IMG/VR virus record: IMGVR_UViG_3300035696_000004
Span: 128,001 to 192,000 of that record
DNA from: a virus
Taxonomy: Duplodnaviria > Caudoviricetes
Length of the DNA stretch: 64,000 nt
Reading direction: 5' to 3' (one strand)
Of the stretch, positions 46,081-55,277 are shown piece after piece. The notes under the pieces are model-generated. The model was not told the DNA's origin. It saw only the letters and a list, made by a program, of their open reading frames with translations, and did not search any database. The position numbers were made by a program, and so were the translations under genes. Each line of letters begins with the position of its first letter. Position 1 is the first letter of the stretch.

Positions 46081-46494
46081 TTACTTGGCGGCTTTGGCGT
46101 AGGCGACTTCAGCGGCCACGTAAGCAGCCAGAGCAACAGCACCGGCAGAGCCAGCTTGGAACTGGCTGGCATTGCGGCGCGTCACACCCAGACGCGCGGT
46201 CAGGGACTTGCCTTGGTAACCGGCGGCCACGTTCGCCAGATAGGTACCGGTGTTTTCGTCCCAGTCGACCGTTGCGACGGACAGTCCGCGGCGATCGAAG
46301 ATCTGGAGACCGTTCGGGGTTTGAATCCCCGAGAAGGAATAGTCCGGATTCCCGGACGAGGTGACGATTTCGAGGAACACGACTTCAGCGATCGTATCCT
46401 GGACAGCAGCGTTCTGCGGCGAAGCTTCGTCCGCGGTCAGCGAGATGAGGTTGCCGGTCGCGCCCGATACCAGCGGAAGGGAAAGCAGTGCCAT
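46081..46494 (-). CDS. Hypothetical beta-rich protein located in the core block
   Basis: 137 aa; AAGGAG RBS; strong C/T third-position bias. Confidence 0.75.
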   Translation of the reverse strand: MALLSLPLVSGATGNLISLTADEASPQNAAVQDTIAEVVFLEIVTSSGNPDYSFSGIQTPNGLQIFDRRGLSVATVDWDENTGTYLANVAAGYQGKSLTARLGVTRRNASQFQAGSAGAVALAAYVAAEVAYAKAAK

Positions 46495-46546
46495 TTGGAG
46501 CTCCTTTGGTTAGGCTCTTTGGGTAAAGAGCCATACGATTTTCAGA

Positions 46547-47287
46547 TCAGAACGGCATGTCGTCATCGATCTCTTGTTGTCGCTGACCACCGCCGTTGTT
46601 GTTGTTCCAGTTGCTGCCGCCACCATTGCCACCGTTGTTGCTACCCTGGTAACTGCCGTTGTTGTTGTTGTTGCCGCCTTGATTCGGGCGCGGACGCGGC
46701 GGAACCAGTTGTTGGGTCGCGATCGTGGAGAGCAGACGTTCGAGCACATTGCAGCGGCCGGTAGCATCCAGAACGGACATCTCGGCTTCGCTGAACTGTT
46801 CGCCAGTTTTGTGGTAGTACGCATGCCAGTCGTTGGTGCCGAACTTGAAGACGATCCGCGGACGGGACTTGTCGTACGCAACGATGCAGATGTAGACGAC
46901 ACCATTGGCATCCTTGCCGACGTAGGTGGTCGACTCGACCATTTTGCCATCGGGTTTCTTCTGGACCCAGCGCTGCTTCAGGTTTTCGATCTTGAAGCCG
47001 ATTTCTTTCTTTTCCGGTGTCGGCACGAAATCGATCGCATGGCGCAGCAGGATCAACATCTTTTCGAAGTTCGGAACATCCATGTTGGCCGAGATGCGAC
47101 CACTGTCGGCATCACCTTCCACATTGGTCCAGACGGTGATCCGCGGTTCACCTTTGTTGAAGCCAAACCGCAGTTGGGCTTTCTTCCCGTGATCATTGTC
47201 GGCGGTCATGATCAGTTTCGGGTTGTCGAAGCCGGTCATTTCTCGTTGCTGACCGCCATTGTTGTTGTACTCACCAGCCATGCTCAC
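46547..47287 (-). CDS. chmC: ChmC-like nucleic-acid-binding shell-associated protein with an SSB-type acidic tail
   Basis: 246 aa; Asn/Gly-rich disordered termini around a folded core; position between gp66-like and gp68-like genes; ends EIDDDMPF. Confidence 0.6.
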   Translation of the reverse strand: MSMAGEYNNNGGQQREMTGFDNPKLIMTADNDHGKKAQLRFGFNKGEPRITVWTNVEGDADSGRISANMDVPNFEKMLILLRHAIDFVPTPEKKEIGFKIENLKQRWVQKKPDGKMVESTTYVGKDANGVVYICIVAYDKSRPRIVFKFGTNDWHAYYHKTGEQFSEAEMSVLDATGRCNVLERLLSTIATQQLVPPRPRPNQGGNNNNNGSYQGSNNGGNGGGSNWNNNNGGGQRQQEIDDDMPF

Positions 47288-47340
47288 TCCCTTCAGGTAA
47301 CTTGATTCGCTGTATCATTAGATATCTCAGCGACGTATTT

Positions 47341-48216
47341 TTACACGATGATGGACTTCACGAGTTCTTTGGCCCACGGATTCTTGAGCCGATCAACGCA
47401 CAACCGAATACGATCCGTCGTGGTCGTTTGATTCCAGTTGCTGGCAGTGGCAAGTTCGACCAGATCCTTTTTAAGGGATGCTGCCATAGGTCGAAAGTGC
47501 TCACTGTCTCCAAAGATCTGGATGAAATCTTCCCTGAACGGAATCATGGAGAGGTCTTTCCCATTCAGATATTTGGTATACCATAATGCTCGCGGTTTGA
47601 GGGCACCTGTATGACTTTCCAACAAGACCAGTTCCCCAAACTCAGGGTACGACAGCAGATCATACGCGTAATGCGTCATGATGAGCGTCTTTTTCTTGCT
47701 AGTGGGACGGAGCTTCAATGGAAAGGTGCACACATCGTAATCTTGTCGTTTCACCCCCTTTAGTGAATCGAGGACGTGCTGTACTGCCTTGTGAAGTGTC
47801 GACGTGTAGATTTGTTGCTTGGGCGTTGAGTCGACCCTCAACGTCGCTCGCGGGTACTTCTTGTCCATCCTTTCGTAATTACTCACATAGAACACCACAC
47901 GCGTTCGTTCTGCGGTCTCATGGTTCACGATACCGGCGATCGTCTCCATTTCTTGGAGAATCGCGTCTCCGATATGGTTCGGCATGGCCGACATCGCGTC
48001 TTCGCGATTCAGCGATCCATTGAGGTTTCGAAAGAGTGTTCGGATGTTGATCCAAACTTCCTGAAACCCCATGGTGAGTGGTGGTGTTTTGTGTTGGATG
48101 TCGGGATGGATGTTCAACAGGCTTTCCAAGCCAAGGCTCGAACCGATACTGACTGGTAATTGTCCGACTTCTCGGCTCGAGATGACTTCAGATGAGGCAC
48201 TAGCGGCCATCAACAA
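47341..48216 (-). CDS. Chimallivirus core protein (gp66-like), possible 5'-3' nuclease/PIN-like fold
   Basis: WINIRTLFRN, THYAYDLL, LLESHTG and QIFGD motifs; fold inferred. Confidence 0.6.
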   Translation of the reverse strand: MLMAASASSEVISSREVGQLPVSIGSSLGLESLLNIHPDIQHKTPPLTMGFQEVWINIRTLFRNLNGSLNREDAMSAMPNHIGDAILQEMETIAGIVNHETAERTRVVFYVSNYERMDKKYPRATLRVDSTPKQQIYTSTLHKAVQHVLDSLKGVKRQDYDVCTFPLKLRPTSKKKTLIMTHYAYDLLSYPEFGELVLLESHTGALKPRALWYTKYLNGKDLSMIPFREDFIQIFGDSEHFRPMAASLKKDLVELATASNWNQTTTTDRIRLCVDRLKNPWAKELVKSIIV

Positions 48217-49322
48217 ATCCTTTCAATAATAGAGGAAGCCAAATCCAGCACTTCCGCTCGAGTCCCCTTTCCTGCCATTCGTTCCAATAGCAAACTTTGG
48301 ATATTATCCCGAGTGATAGCAATTGGATCAAATAGCGTCTCGTTTTCAATGATGATTTCTTTTTCTTCGGAAGCATCGCTGGGGTTCTTTGACCAGTTGA
48401 ACAGAGGATGTCGTCTGATCAATGCATCCATATTGGCAAAGATCGGGTTAGTATACTCACCCACAACACGTACATGCGCGCCAGCTTGAAGCTTCTCGAC
48501 TTCACGATCAATTTTCTCGATCGTCTCCTCCAAACTCAACTCACCGCAATGTACCGTAACAAACTCAAGAGCACCGTCATTATCGACGAATCGAAATTCA
48601 TCACGACCGTTGGCTCTGAGTGTTGCTCGAACATATCCCTTCTTCCCTTCTTCCCCGTGGGACATTCGATCAAATGAACCCTGGGCAAAGATATGCTCCC
48701 GTCGAGAACGGACATGGACGTGACCGATGCTGATGAATCGCTTCACCAACTTCAGGTATTCATCCCCGTTGTGTCTCGGGATAGAAGCAGGTGCCGCAGG
48801 CGGTAGCTGGTGATCAAACTGCCCGTGCATGATAGCGATATCCACTGACGTCAGGCCTTTGGCTCGAATCAGTTCTTTCACCTGCACCAGTGTCACATCT
48901 GTAGACGGATGCCACTCATCGGGTACGTAGAGGACGTTATATCCTTTTATGTTCTCGATATGCAGCGTTTTGACGTACAACACGTCCGCATGTGCTCCAC
49001 TGATTGTGTTGAGCGTTTCGAAACGCCGAGATTGCTGCCAATCATGCGACCCTGTGCCTTCAAGGATGCGGAGCATGACGTCATGTTTCTTGCACAGCCG
49101 CAACAAATCAGAAATCCAGAAATCAATTTCTCTAAGGTCGTCTCCATTCGACACCAAGAGATCGTCAAAGACGTCTCCGGCTAAAAAGAGAACATCTAAA
49201 GAAGCGAATTCAGCGTTGTCGCTGAATGGTTTCCCTAGATTCTGTATCATCATTGAGACAGGGTTACGGCGATGACCCAGATGCAGGTCGCTCGCCGATG
49301 CCAGGTTGAGATCAGAGTTCAT
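48210..49322 (-). CDS. sbcD: SbcD/Mre11-like metallophosphoesterase nuclease (gp65-like)
   Basis: SDLHLG, AGDVFD, GTGSHD, MHGQF and IGHVH motifs. Confidence 0.85.
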   Translation of the reverse strand: MNSDLNLASASDLHLGHRRNPVSMMIQNLGKPFSDNAEFASLDVLFLAGDVFDDLLVSNGDDLREIDFWISDLLRLCKKHDVMLRILEGTGSHDWQQSRRFETLNTISGAHADVLYVKTLHIENIKGYNVLYVPDEWHPSTDVTLVQVKELIRAKGLTSVDIAIMHGQFDHQLPPAAPASIPRHNGDEYLKLVKRFISIGHVHVRSRREHIFAQGSFDRMSHGEEGKKGYVRATLRANGRDEFRFVDNDGALEFVTVHCGELSLEETIEKIDREVEKLQAGAHVRVVGEYTNPIFANMDALIRRHPLFNWSKNPSDASEEKEIIIENETLFDPIAITRDNIQSLLLERMAGKGTRAEVLDLASSIIERIC

Positions 49323-49968
49323 CGAATTCGGTATAATCGAGGAGAGGTGCCGGTTTCACTTCTTCGGTAGCTTCTTCCGGGCTACCGATCTTTTCGAGAT
49401 CAACCGGTGTGACCAGGTTGTACTTCTTGAAGATCGCACCCCAGCGTTTCAGGTATTCAACAGCCGGACCGTCACCCTTCATGACGTTGAAGTGGGAATG
49501 CAGACGACTATCCAGATACGCCTCGGCGTTTTTGGGACTTTGGTTCATGAGCTGTTGGGCTGTTTTGACCAGGTGCCCTACACCACCCAGGACACCGAAT
49601 CGCGCCTTGATGTCGGATGGCTTGATGGCTTCACGATCGTACAGAGGCGGTACCGTGAAGAGAACAGGGCCGCCGATATATTCGACGACGTCTACTTCTT
49701 TAAACGTCCCGGACAGGTCGGTATCCGCATCGCCACCCGATGCAGTATGGACCCAGAGATCGATGTCCCCGCCATTGGGGCATTCGTACGTGGTACCAGT
49801 CAGATGGTTGGCCAGAATCGGTAGAAACACGCCGACGAAGATCCGTTCGATCACTTGGGCATTTCCGGTGCGCCTGGTGGCATCATCAAGCAGTCGCTTG
49901 GTTCCTTTGACATCCAGCGAATCTCTCTGCGATGCCAGATTTCCGAAATTGATTCCCGATACCGCCAT
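49312..49968 (-). CDS. Conserved hypothetical protein
   Basis: 218 aa in the core operon. Confidence 0.7.
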   Translation of the reverse strand: MAVSGINFGNLASQRDSLDVKGTKRLLDDATRRTGNAQVIERIFVGVFLPILANHLTGTTYECPNGGDIDLWVHTASGGDADTDLSGTFKEVDVVEYIGGPVLFTVPPLYDREAIKPSDIKARFGVLGGVGHLVKTAQQLMNQSPKNAEAYLDSRLHSHFNVMKGDGPAVEYLKRWGAIFKKYNLVTPVDLEKIGSPEEATEEVKPAPLLDYTEFDEL

Positions 49969-49970
49969 GA

Positions 49971-50393
49971 TTAGGCACTCCCTGTATTGTTGAGGTTTTC
50001 GACAATGGAGAAGACAGAGTCTCTCGCTTGGATGGCTTTACCAACCGAATATTCGACGCTTTGGTACGTCACGGTGATAGTGATGACTAGCGTCACGCTA
50101 TTGGTCACGTTGGAGCTCGACCAGGCATCACTGGTGATTTCGACTTGTGCGGAACTGTAATACCGCGCAAACATCGCCTCCAGCGCAGACCGGAGAGACG
50201 AAATGGTTGCTGAGATATCCAGAGGTTTTTGAGCCAAGAGATACTGAATGCTCGTAATCGCACTCGGGTAAATATACGTCTGGAGGTAATCCGTTTCGAA
50301 ACAGTACGTGAACAACCGATCCAGTTGCTCCTCGATACCATATACCCAGCCACGATCATCCATCGTCGGGACCGGAATTGAATTAGTTGTCAT
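49971..50393 (-). CDS. Conserved hypothetical protein
   Basis: ATG 50393 after GAGGA; 140 aa. Confidence 0.7.
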   Translation of the reverse strand: MTTNSIPVPTMDDRGWVYGIEEQLDRLFTYCFETDYLQTYIYPSAITSIQYLLAQKPLDISATISSLRSALEAMFARYYSSAQVEITSDAWSSSNVTNSVTLVITITVTYQSVEYSVGKAIQARDSVFSIVENLNNTGSA

Positions 50394-50496
50394 GGGGGTT
50401 TCCTCGATATGATCACAAGATGATACCGGGGTGTAAAAAAGCAAGAAAAAAAGTACGGTATAAAAAGGAGAAGCCCGAAGGCCTCCCCTTTTCGGT

Positions 50497-51135
50497 TCAC
50501 AGTTTATTTCTGTAAATGCTGGACGGATCTTCTGCACCTTCCCGCAGCGCAATCTCGATCGCGTTCCAAGCATGGTTCTTGATATCGGAAACTTCCTCAC
50601 ATGTCAAGTCACGGTCACCTTCAACCAAATCCTCAACATAGTGCGTTATTTTCCAATCCGGACCTTCTTCTCCTTCCGATACCACCAGATCTTCCACGAC
50701 ACCGTCCATGACTCGCCGATAGTCGTAGTGGTCCTCACCGATTTGACCCGGATACAGATCCACATAGCTATCGGAATAGCCATCGATCTCTTGATCGAAG
50801 TACTTTCGTCTCGCGTACTTGTTCGCCATCAGGTAACGTTGCATCACCTTAGGCGCTTCTTGCAGTTGAGAGATATCCGTCAAGGCTCGAATCGTGTTGG
50901 GTGAGAACAGCATCTTCGTTCGTCTGAGCGCTGCTTTGCCCTTACGAACCGCTTCACTTCCGTGGAAGCTTTCGAATCGCTCTCTGGCAGAACTCATGAA
51001 GGCACGCCCGGCATCGGTCAACGTATTCGAAACCGCGCTGAACTGCTGCTCGATATACGAAATTGTACCGGGATGATCGTCACCGTAGACAAGGTAGTTG
51101 AACGCCTCCATCCCACCTGTCGAAACTTGAATCAT
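50497..51135 (-). CDS. Conserved hypothetical protein
   Basis: 212 aa; MQRYLMAN...GYSDSY...DYRRVMDG motifs; GAAGGA RBS. Confidence 0.75.
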   Translation of the reverse strand: MIQVSTGGMEAFNYLVYGDDHPGTISYIEQQFSAVSNTLTDAGRAFMSSARERFESFHGSEAVRKGKAALRRTKMLFSPNTIRALTDISQLQEAPKVMQRYLMANKYARRKYFDQEIDGYSDSYVDLYPGQIGEDHYDYRRVMDGVVEDLVVSEGEEGPDWKITHYVEDLVEGDRDLTCEEVSDIKNHAWNAIEIALREGAEDPSSIYRNKL

Positions 51136-51152
51136 TCCTTCACCTCGTTTAG

Positions 51153-51377
51153 CTACGCTTCGGGTATTTCCATAAACCTCTCGAAAGCCCCTGGGGTGGT
51201 GTTTTCTTTTCCGCTATGGATCAAATTGGAGATTGACGCCACAGTAGGTTTTGGCATAGCCAGGTTGCCTGTTACCTTTCGGGGTTTCTTCAAGTCAAAC
51301 ACGCCTTTATGGGGCGCTAGATTTTCGTGCGCTCTGGCCATGAAATTATCAAGACACAGAGTGAAGTTGAGCTGATC
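51153..51377 (-). CDS. Non-virion RNAP beta-prime N-terminal subunit, exon 2 (gp56.1-like)
   Basis: Begins with D of the catalytic DFDG|D motif. Confidence 0.85.
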   Translation of the reverse strand, partial: DQLNFTLCLDNFMARAHENLAPHKGVFDLKKPRKVTGNLAMPKPTVASISNLIHSGKENTTPGAFERFMEIPEA

Positions 51378-51805
51378 CAATATACATTGTACACATTGCT
51401 GTGTTTTTATCAGGACGTGACTCCTGTCGGGACCGATTCCAGTCGGTGCCTGTCCGATGATTTCGCACCGGTTGAGGTCATATCTTAGCCTATACTACAG
51501 CTCTTTCCGTTTGGGGCGCACTTGCTACCCTACTCTACTCGCTTTAATCGTCGTGTCACGACGACCACCTGACTTTATACAGATGTGATTATGCTTTCGC
51601 AATAGCTTTCGATGACCGTCGAACACACTTCCCAGTGGGAAGCTTCGTTGCGGATTGCCCGACACATGCCTCTTTTACCGTACCTGAATGATTAGTTCAG
51701 CCACATTCCTATTACTAAGAATGTTTGGTGTGCACTGTCATTTACGGATGCTCAGTCCGTGGGTGTCCCCGTCAGTTAGAAAAGTTTAACGATGGCAATC
51801 AATTC
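51378..51805 (-). mobile_element. Group I intron (428 nt), no endonuclease ORF, in the RNAP catalytic motif
   Basis: GAUGGU|...GCCAUC P1 with U.G pair; P10 UGAUU/GAUCA; terminal G; core AACUGACGGGGA, AAUCCGCAAC, GUUCGACGGUCA and AAGAUAUGACC. Confidence 0.9.
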
Positions 51806-53074
51806 ACCATCAAAGTCGCAGTTCATCGCGACGACGGCTAGGAACGATATCGAAACGGTCGGATCACTCATGTCTGTCTTGACACGCGAGATCCCTACAG
51901 CTTGACACGAGCCTCGATTCAGACTCGGGTTGCGCTGCATAGTGGCCGGAATAGCTCCGCCAGGTGCTTCGGCTATCAGTTCCTTAAACAACTCATCCAG
52001 GAGCGGATGATACTGCGTGGTATATTCATTCAACAGCGCGAAGATATCATTCGGGCTGAATCCACGTGCTTCTAGCTTATTTGCCAAATGCACGCGCAAT
52101 ACCGTCACCGCCAAGTTCCACGGGATATGGATCTCGTCGTAGAAGTGCGAACCCGTCAACGATGATACGACAGCCCGGAAACTGAAGTGGGCTCTCGAAC
52201 CGAACACGTGTTTACGAAGGATCCCTTGCTTCTTCCCCAACGTAAAGCGATAGACCGACTCGTAATACGCGGCGAGCTGGACAATCGTTTTCAATGTTCT
52301 GTTCTCTTTCACCTGGACGGTGAAGTTGTTGAGATCAGAATCAATCCCCGCCATCGTCTGGATCGCATCGATCGAATCCAGAATGATCGGGTCCATGTAG
52401 CGACCCACATTCGTATTCTCTACGACGAGTAGGGCGCGATTAGGTAGCGGGATATAGTCAGAGAAGATGGCATCCCGGTATCGTTCCAGAAACTTCTTGA
52501 AGCTGGTCTTCTTTCGGCCAGGCTTCGCGAAGAGCCGCATCGAATAGAGTCCATCTATAATGGCATCGAAGTTCTGGATGAACGCGTTATAGCCTCGCCT
52601 TACATTGAGGCCCATCAGCATTTCATTGACAGCCGTGATGTATTTGCTTTGCTTCGAGGATACCTTGTAATACGGATCACAAATCCAACGAATGACTTCG
52701 AAGCCGCCTTTCGTGAACTCCCTTTTCATCATCGTCCAGACAACAGGGTTGATTAACTTTTCAACCCCATTAGGACTACGGATCCAGAGGAGCGGATCGA
52801 TCTTCTTTTCAAACTTTGCAACGACCGGAGTGCCGCACTCTGGGCAGATGACAGGATCTTCTGCATTCAGCTTATGCTCACCAAACGTCGCATTACACGA
52901 GCAAGCTGGGATGTTGGATAACACATCCCCTTCAGTTGCCGTATAGATGAGTTCGTTGAGTTGGCGTTTCGAGTCTTCTGATTGATTGTTGTAGTCATTC
53001 AGAATAATCGGGATGTGCGCGGTCTGCTGCTGGAACAACAGGTCATGATTCTCGAGACTAAGCGATACCCCCAT
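51806..53074 (-). CDS. Non-virion RNAP beta-prime N-terminal subunit, exon 1 (phiKZ gp55-like)
   Basis: Zinc-binding CSC/CPEC, LRKHVFGSR, RAVVS, QRNPSL, MNCDFDG. Confidence 0.92.
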
Positions 53075-53108
53075 TTTCAATCCTTTTTTACAAATTGAGG
53101 GAAAAAAA

Positions 53109-53130
53109 AGCAGACCCCGAAAGGTCTGCT
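53109..53130. terminator. Terminator after chimallin
   Basis: AGCAGACC-ccgaaa-GGTCTGCT with A/T tracts on both sides. Confidence 0.8.
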
Positions 53131-53147
53131 TTTTCAGTGCTCAGCTC

Positions 53148-55025
53148 TTAGCGGCGAGCCCAGCGGCCGAATCCGGCTTGGCTGACGGTCTGGCCGTTTT
53201 GACCATATTGCGATGCGAACATGCTGCCCGAGTCGCGGCCGCCGATGACGGCGGACTGACCATAGCGAGCGGTAGCGCGCGGTTGGCCGGCGTTTTCGAT
53301 CGTCGGCAGTTGGATGGAAGCGTTCAGGCCAGCGGCCAGGGCGCCACGTACCAGCGCTTCGAAGAAGGCCGGGTTGAACGTTTGACGACGGTACATGCCG
53401 GTGATGGTCGGACGAACCAGCTTGCGGATGATGTTTGCCCGCAGCGAGTTCAGAACCACTTCCGGAGAACGGCGATCCAGCAGCGAGTCGGACCAGTCCT
53501 TGACGACGGACAGATCGGTATCACCGGTGGCGTTCAGAACGTACAGGTGATCGATTTCGCGCAGGTCGCGCATCACGCCTTCGGCATCGCGGAAGAAGCC
53601 CTGATGGATACCGACCGTGTGATCCAGGAACACAGCACGCGGATGGTCACCGTAGATCTTCAGGAACTCGCCGTTGGTGAGGAAGTTGGCCGTGTCGAAG
53701 ATGCGATCGATTGCATCGGTGTCACCCGAACCCGCCAGACCGAATTCGCTGGTCAGCCAGGTGTTGGCGCCGGCTTCGGCGACGTCGATGGATACCAGCA
53801 TGCCGGGATGGAAGTACGCCGCGATCATGTCGTGGTGGAATTCCGGGCGATAGGTATCCGACTTGGTCGGGACACGTTCTTCCACACCGTCGATTTCCAG
53901 ACCGATAGCGCCGATGTCCTTGAAGTCCACATCGGACGTACCGAACTGAGCCGGACGGAAGGCTTCAGCCCACAGGTTGTTTTCGGCCAGACCGAATGCG
54001 GGGATCAGTGCCAGCAGCTGGCTGCCGAGGGACGGCAGTTGGGCGCAGATCATTTCGGTGATGACGTACTCGGCACGGTAGGTTTGTTGGCTCAGGACTT
54101 GGCCGGTGGAGCGAGCGAACGGGTTACGTGCTTGCGCATTGGCCGGTTCGTAGACCAGGTTCATGAAGCCCTTGACGGTGGTGATCACTTCGGTGCGGTC
54201 AACGACAGCGTTGCGGCGATCGCGTTGATTTGCGGAGGCCACGAGTTGTGCGATGGTTTCACCACGGATCGGCAGGCCGACGGCATCGGTTTCGGTCGGT
54301 GCGTTGAAGGCCGGCTTGATCACCAGCTGAGCATCGTTCTTCGCCAGGGCGATGTTCAGGCCGGGGAAGTTGCCCGAGATTTCTTCCAGCGCCATGCAGC
54401 AGGCTTGCAGCGCGTTGGCGGTGGTGCGGTGAACCAGCTTGTCGTCTTCGATGTTGTAGTCGCGCGGAACGACTTCGATGTCGGCATCGAGTTGACGCAT
54501 GTTCGGGTACACCAGGGCAACAGCGTTGCGCACTTCATCGATGAAGGCGCCGTCGGCGGCAGCCGATGCGTAACGCGGGTCTTCGAAATTCACGCCGTTG
54601 TGCGGAACGAACTTCGATTGGAACGGATCGGAAGAACCTTCCAGCAGCAGCGTATGGAACGCGACGGCCGTCGGCTTTTGTTCGCCGACCGGGCGATAGG
54701 TGACAGCGACGATCAGGGCAGACAGGGCGATGTTGCTGTTGTTGTTCTTGTCCAGTTCGAGGAAACGCATTTCGAACAGGTCGGAGAGCTTCTTGGCCGG
54801 TTCCGCCATGGCTGCGCGCAGGCTGGAGAGGATGGCCGATGCGGGATTGGTACCGATACCGCGATGAGCGACATCGCCGAGACCGGTCCAGGAGAACGTC
54901 GAACCATCATCTTGTTCGGCGGTACGACCACGAGCAGAGCCGCCCAGCGGACGGCGAGCAGCGCCCAGTTCTTCTTCGGCAGCGGCATTGGCGGTGGTGG
55001 TTTTTTGGTTTACTTGCAGTACCAT
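53148..55025 (-). CDS. chmA: Chimallin, major phage nuclear shell protein (phiKZ gp54-like)
   Basis: 625 aa directly upstream of the nvRNAP beta-prime N gene (canonical synteny); strongest codon bias in the window; own early-type promoter and terminator. Confidence 0.88.
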   Translation of the reverse strand: MVLQVNQKTTTANAAAEEELGAARRPLGGSARGRTAEQDDGSTFSWTGLGDVAHRGIGTNPASAILSSLRAAMAEPAKKLSDLFEMRFLELDKNNNSNIALSALIVAVTYRPVGEQKPTAVAFHTLLLEGSSDPFQSKFVPHNGVNFEDPRYASAAADGAFIDEVRNAVALVYPNMRQLDADIEVVPRDYNIEDDKLVHRTTANALQACCMALEEISGNFPGLNIALAKNDAQLVIKPAFNAPTETDAVGLPIRGETIAQLVASANQRDRRNAVVDRTEVITTVKGFMNLVYEPANAQARNPFARSTGQVLSQQTYRAEYVITEMICAQLPSLGSQLLALIPAFGLAENNLWAEAFRPAQFGTSDVDFKDIGAIGLEIDGVEERVPTKSDTYRPEFHHDMIAAYFHPGMLVSIDVAEAGANTWLTSEFGLAGSGDTDAIDRIFDTANFLTNGEFLKIYGDHPRAVFLDHTVGIHQGFFRDAEGVMRDLREIDHLYVLNATGDTDLSVVKDWSDSLLDRRSPEVVLNSLRANIIRKLVRPTITGMYRRQTFNPAFFEALVRGALAAGLNASIQLPTIENAGQPRATARYGQSAVIGGRDSGSMFASQYGQNGQTVSQAGFGRWARR

Positions 55026-55117
55026 TTTTCGTTCCTTGTTTACTGTGGAGAGATTATACTACTTTGTTACTTCGTCGACGAGGAGAAACCAAAATTCTTG
55101 GTTCAGTTCTCAGGTAT

Positions 55118-55147
55118 GTGATATAGGTTTGAAATATTCTAGAATCG
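55118..55147 (-). promoter_or_regulatory. Early-type promoter of chimallin
   Basis: Minus strand CGATTCTAGAATATTTCAAACCTATATCAC. Confidence 0.8.
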
Positions 55148-55277
55148 ACCTCAGACCACAAAACTGATACCATAGCTCCCAGCCGGCGAAGCCGACGGGT
55201 GGTAAGAAGATTTCTCTTCTCTATAGGATAGAGGTATATCCTGTAAAAAATAACTTAGTCTTCTTACCGGGGGGGCT

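Noticed and set aside
51153-51380. 75-aa ORF as an independent gene
   Set aside because: It is exon 2 of the beta-prime N subunit; the TTG start belongs to the intron end.
53178-55121. 647-aa plus-strand ORF opposite chimallin (likewise 215..1525, 21788..23932, 42746..44410, 9966..11327)
   Set aside because: Antisense shadows of strongly codon-biased genes: no RBS or recognisable motifs, and fully overlapping well-supported CDSs.
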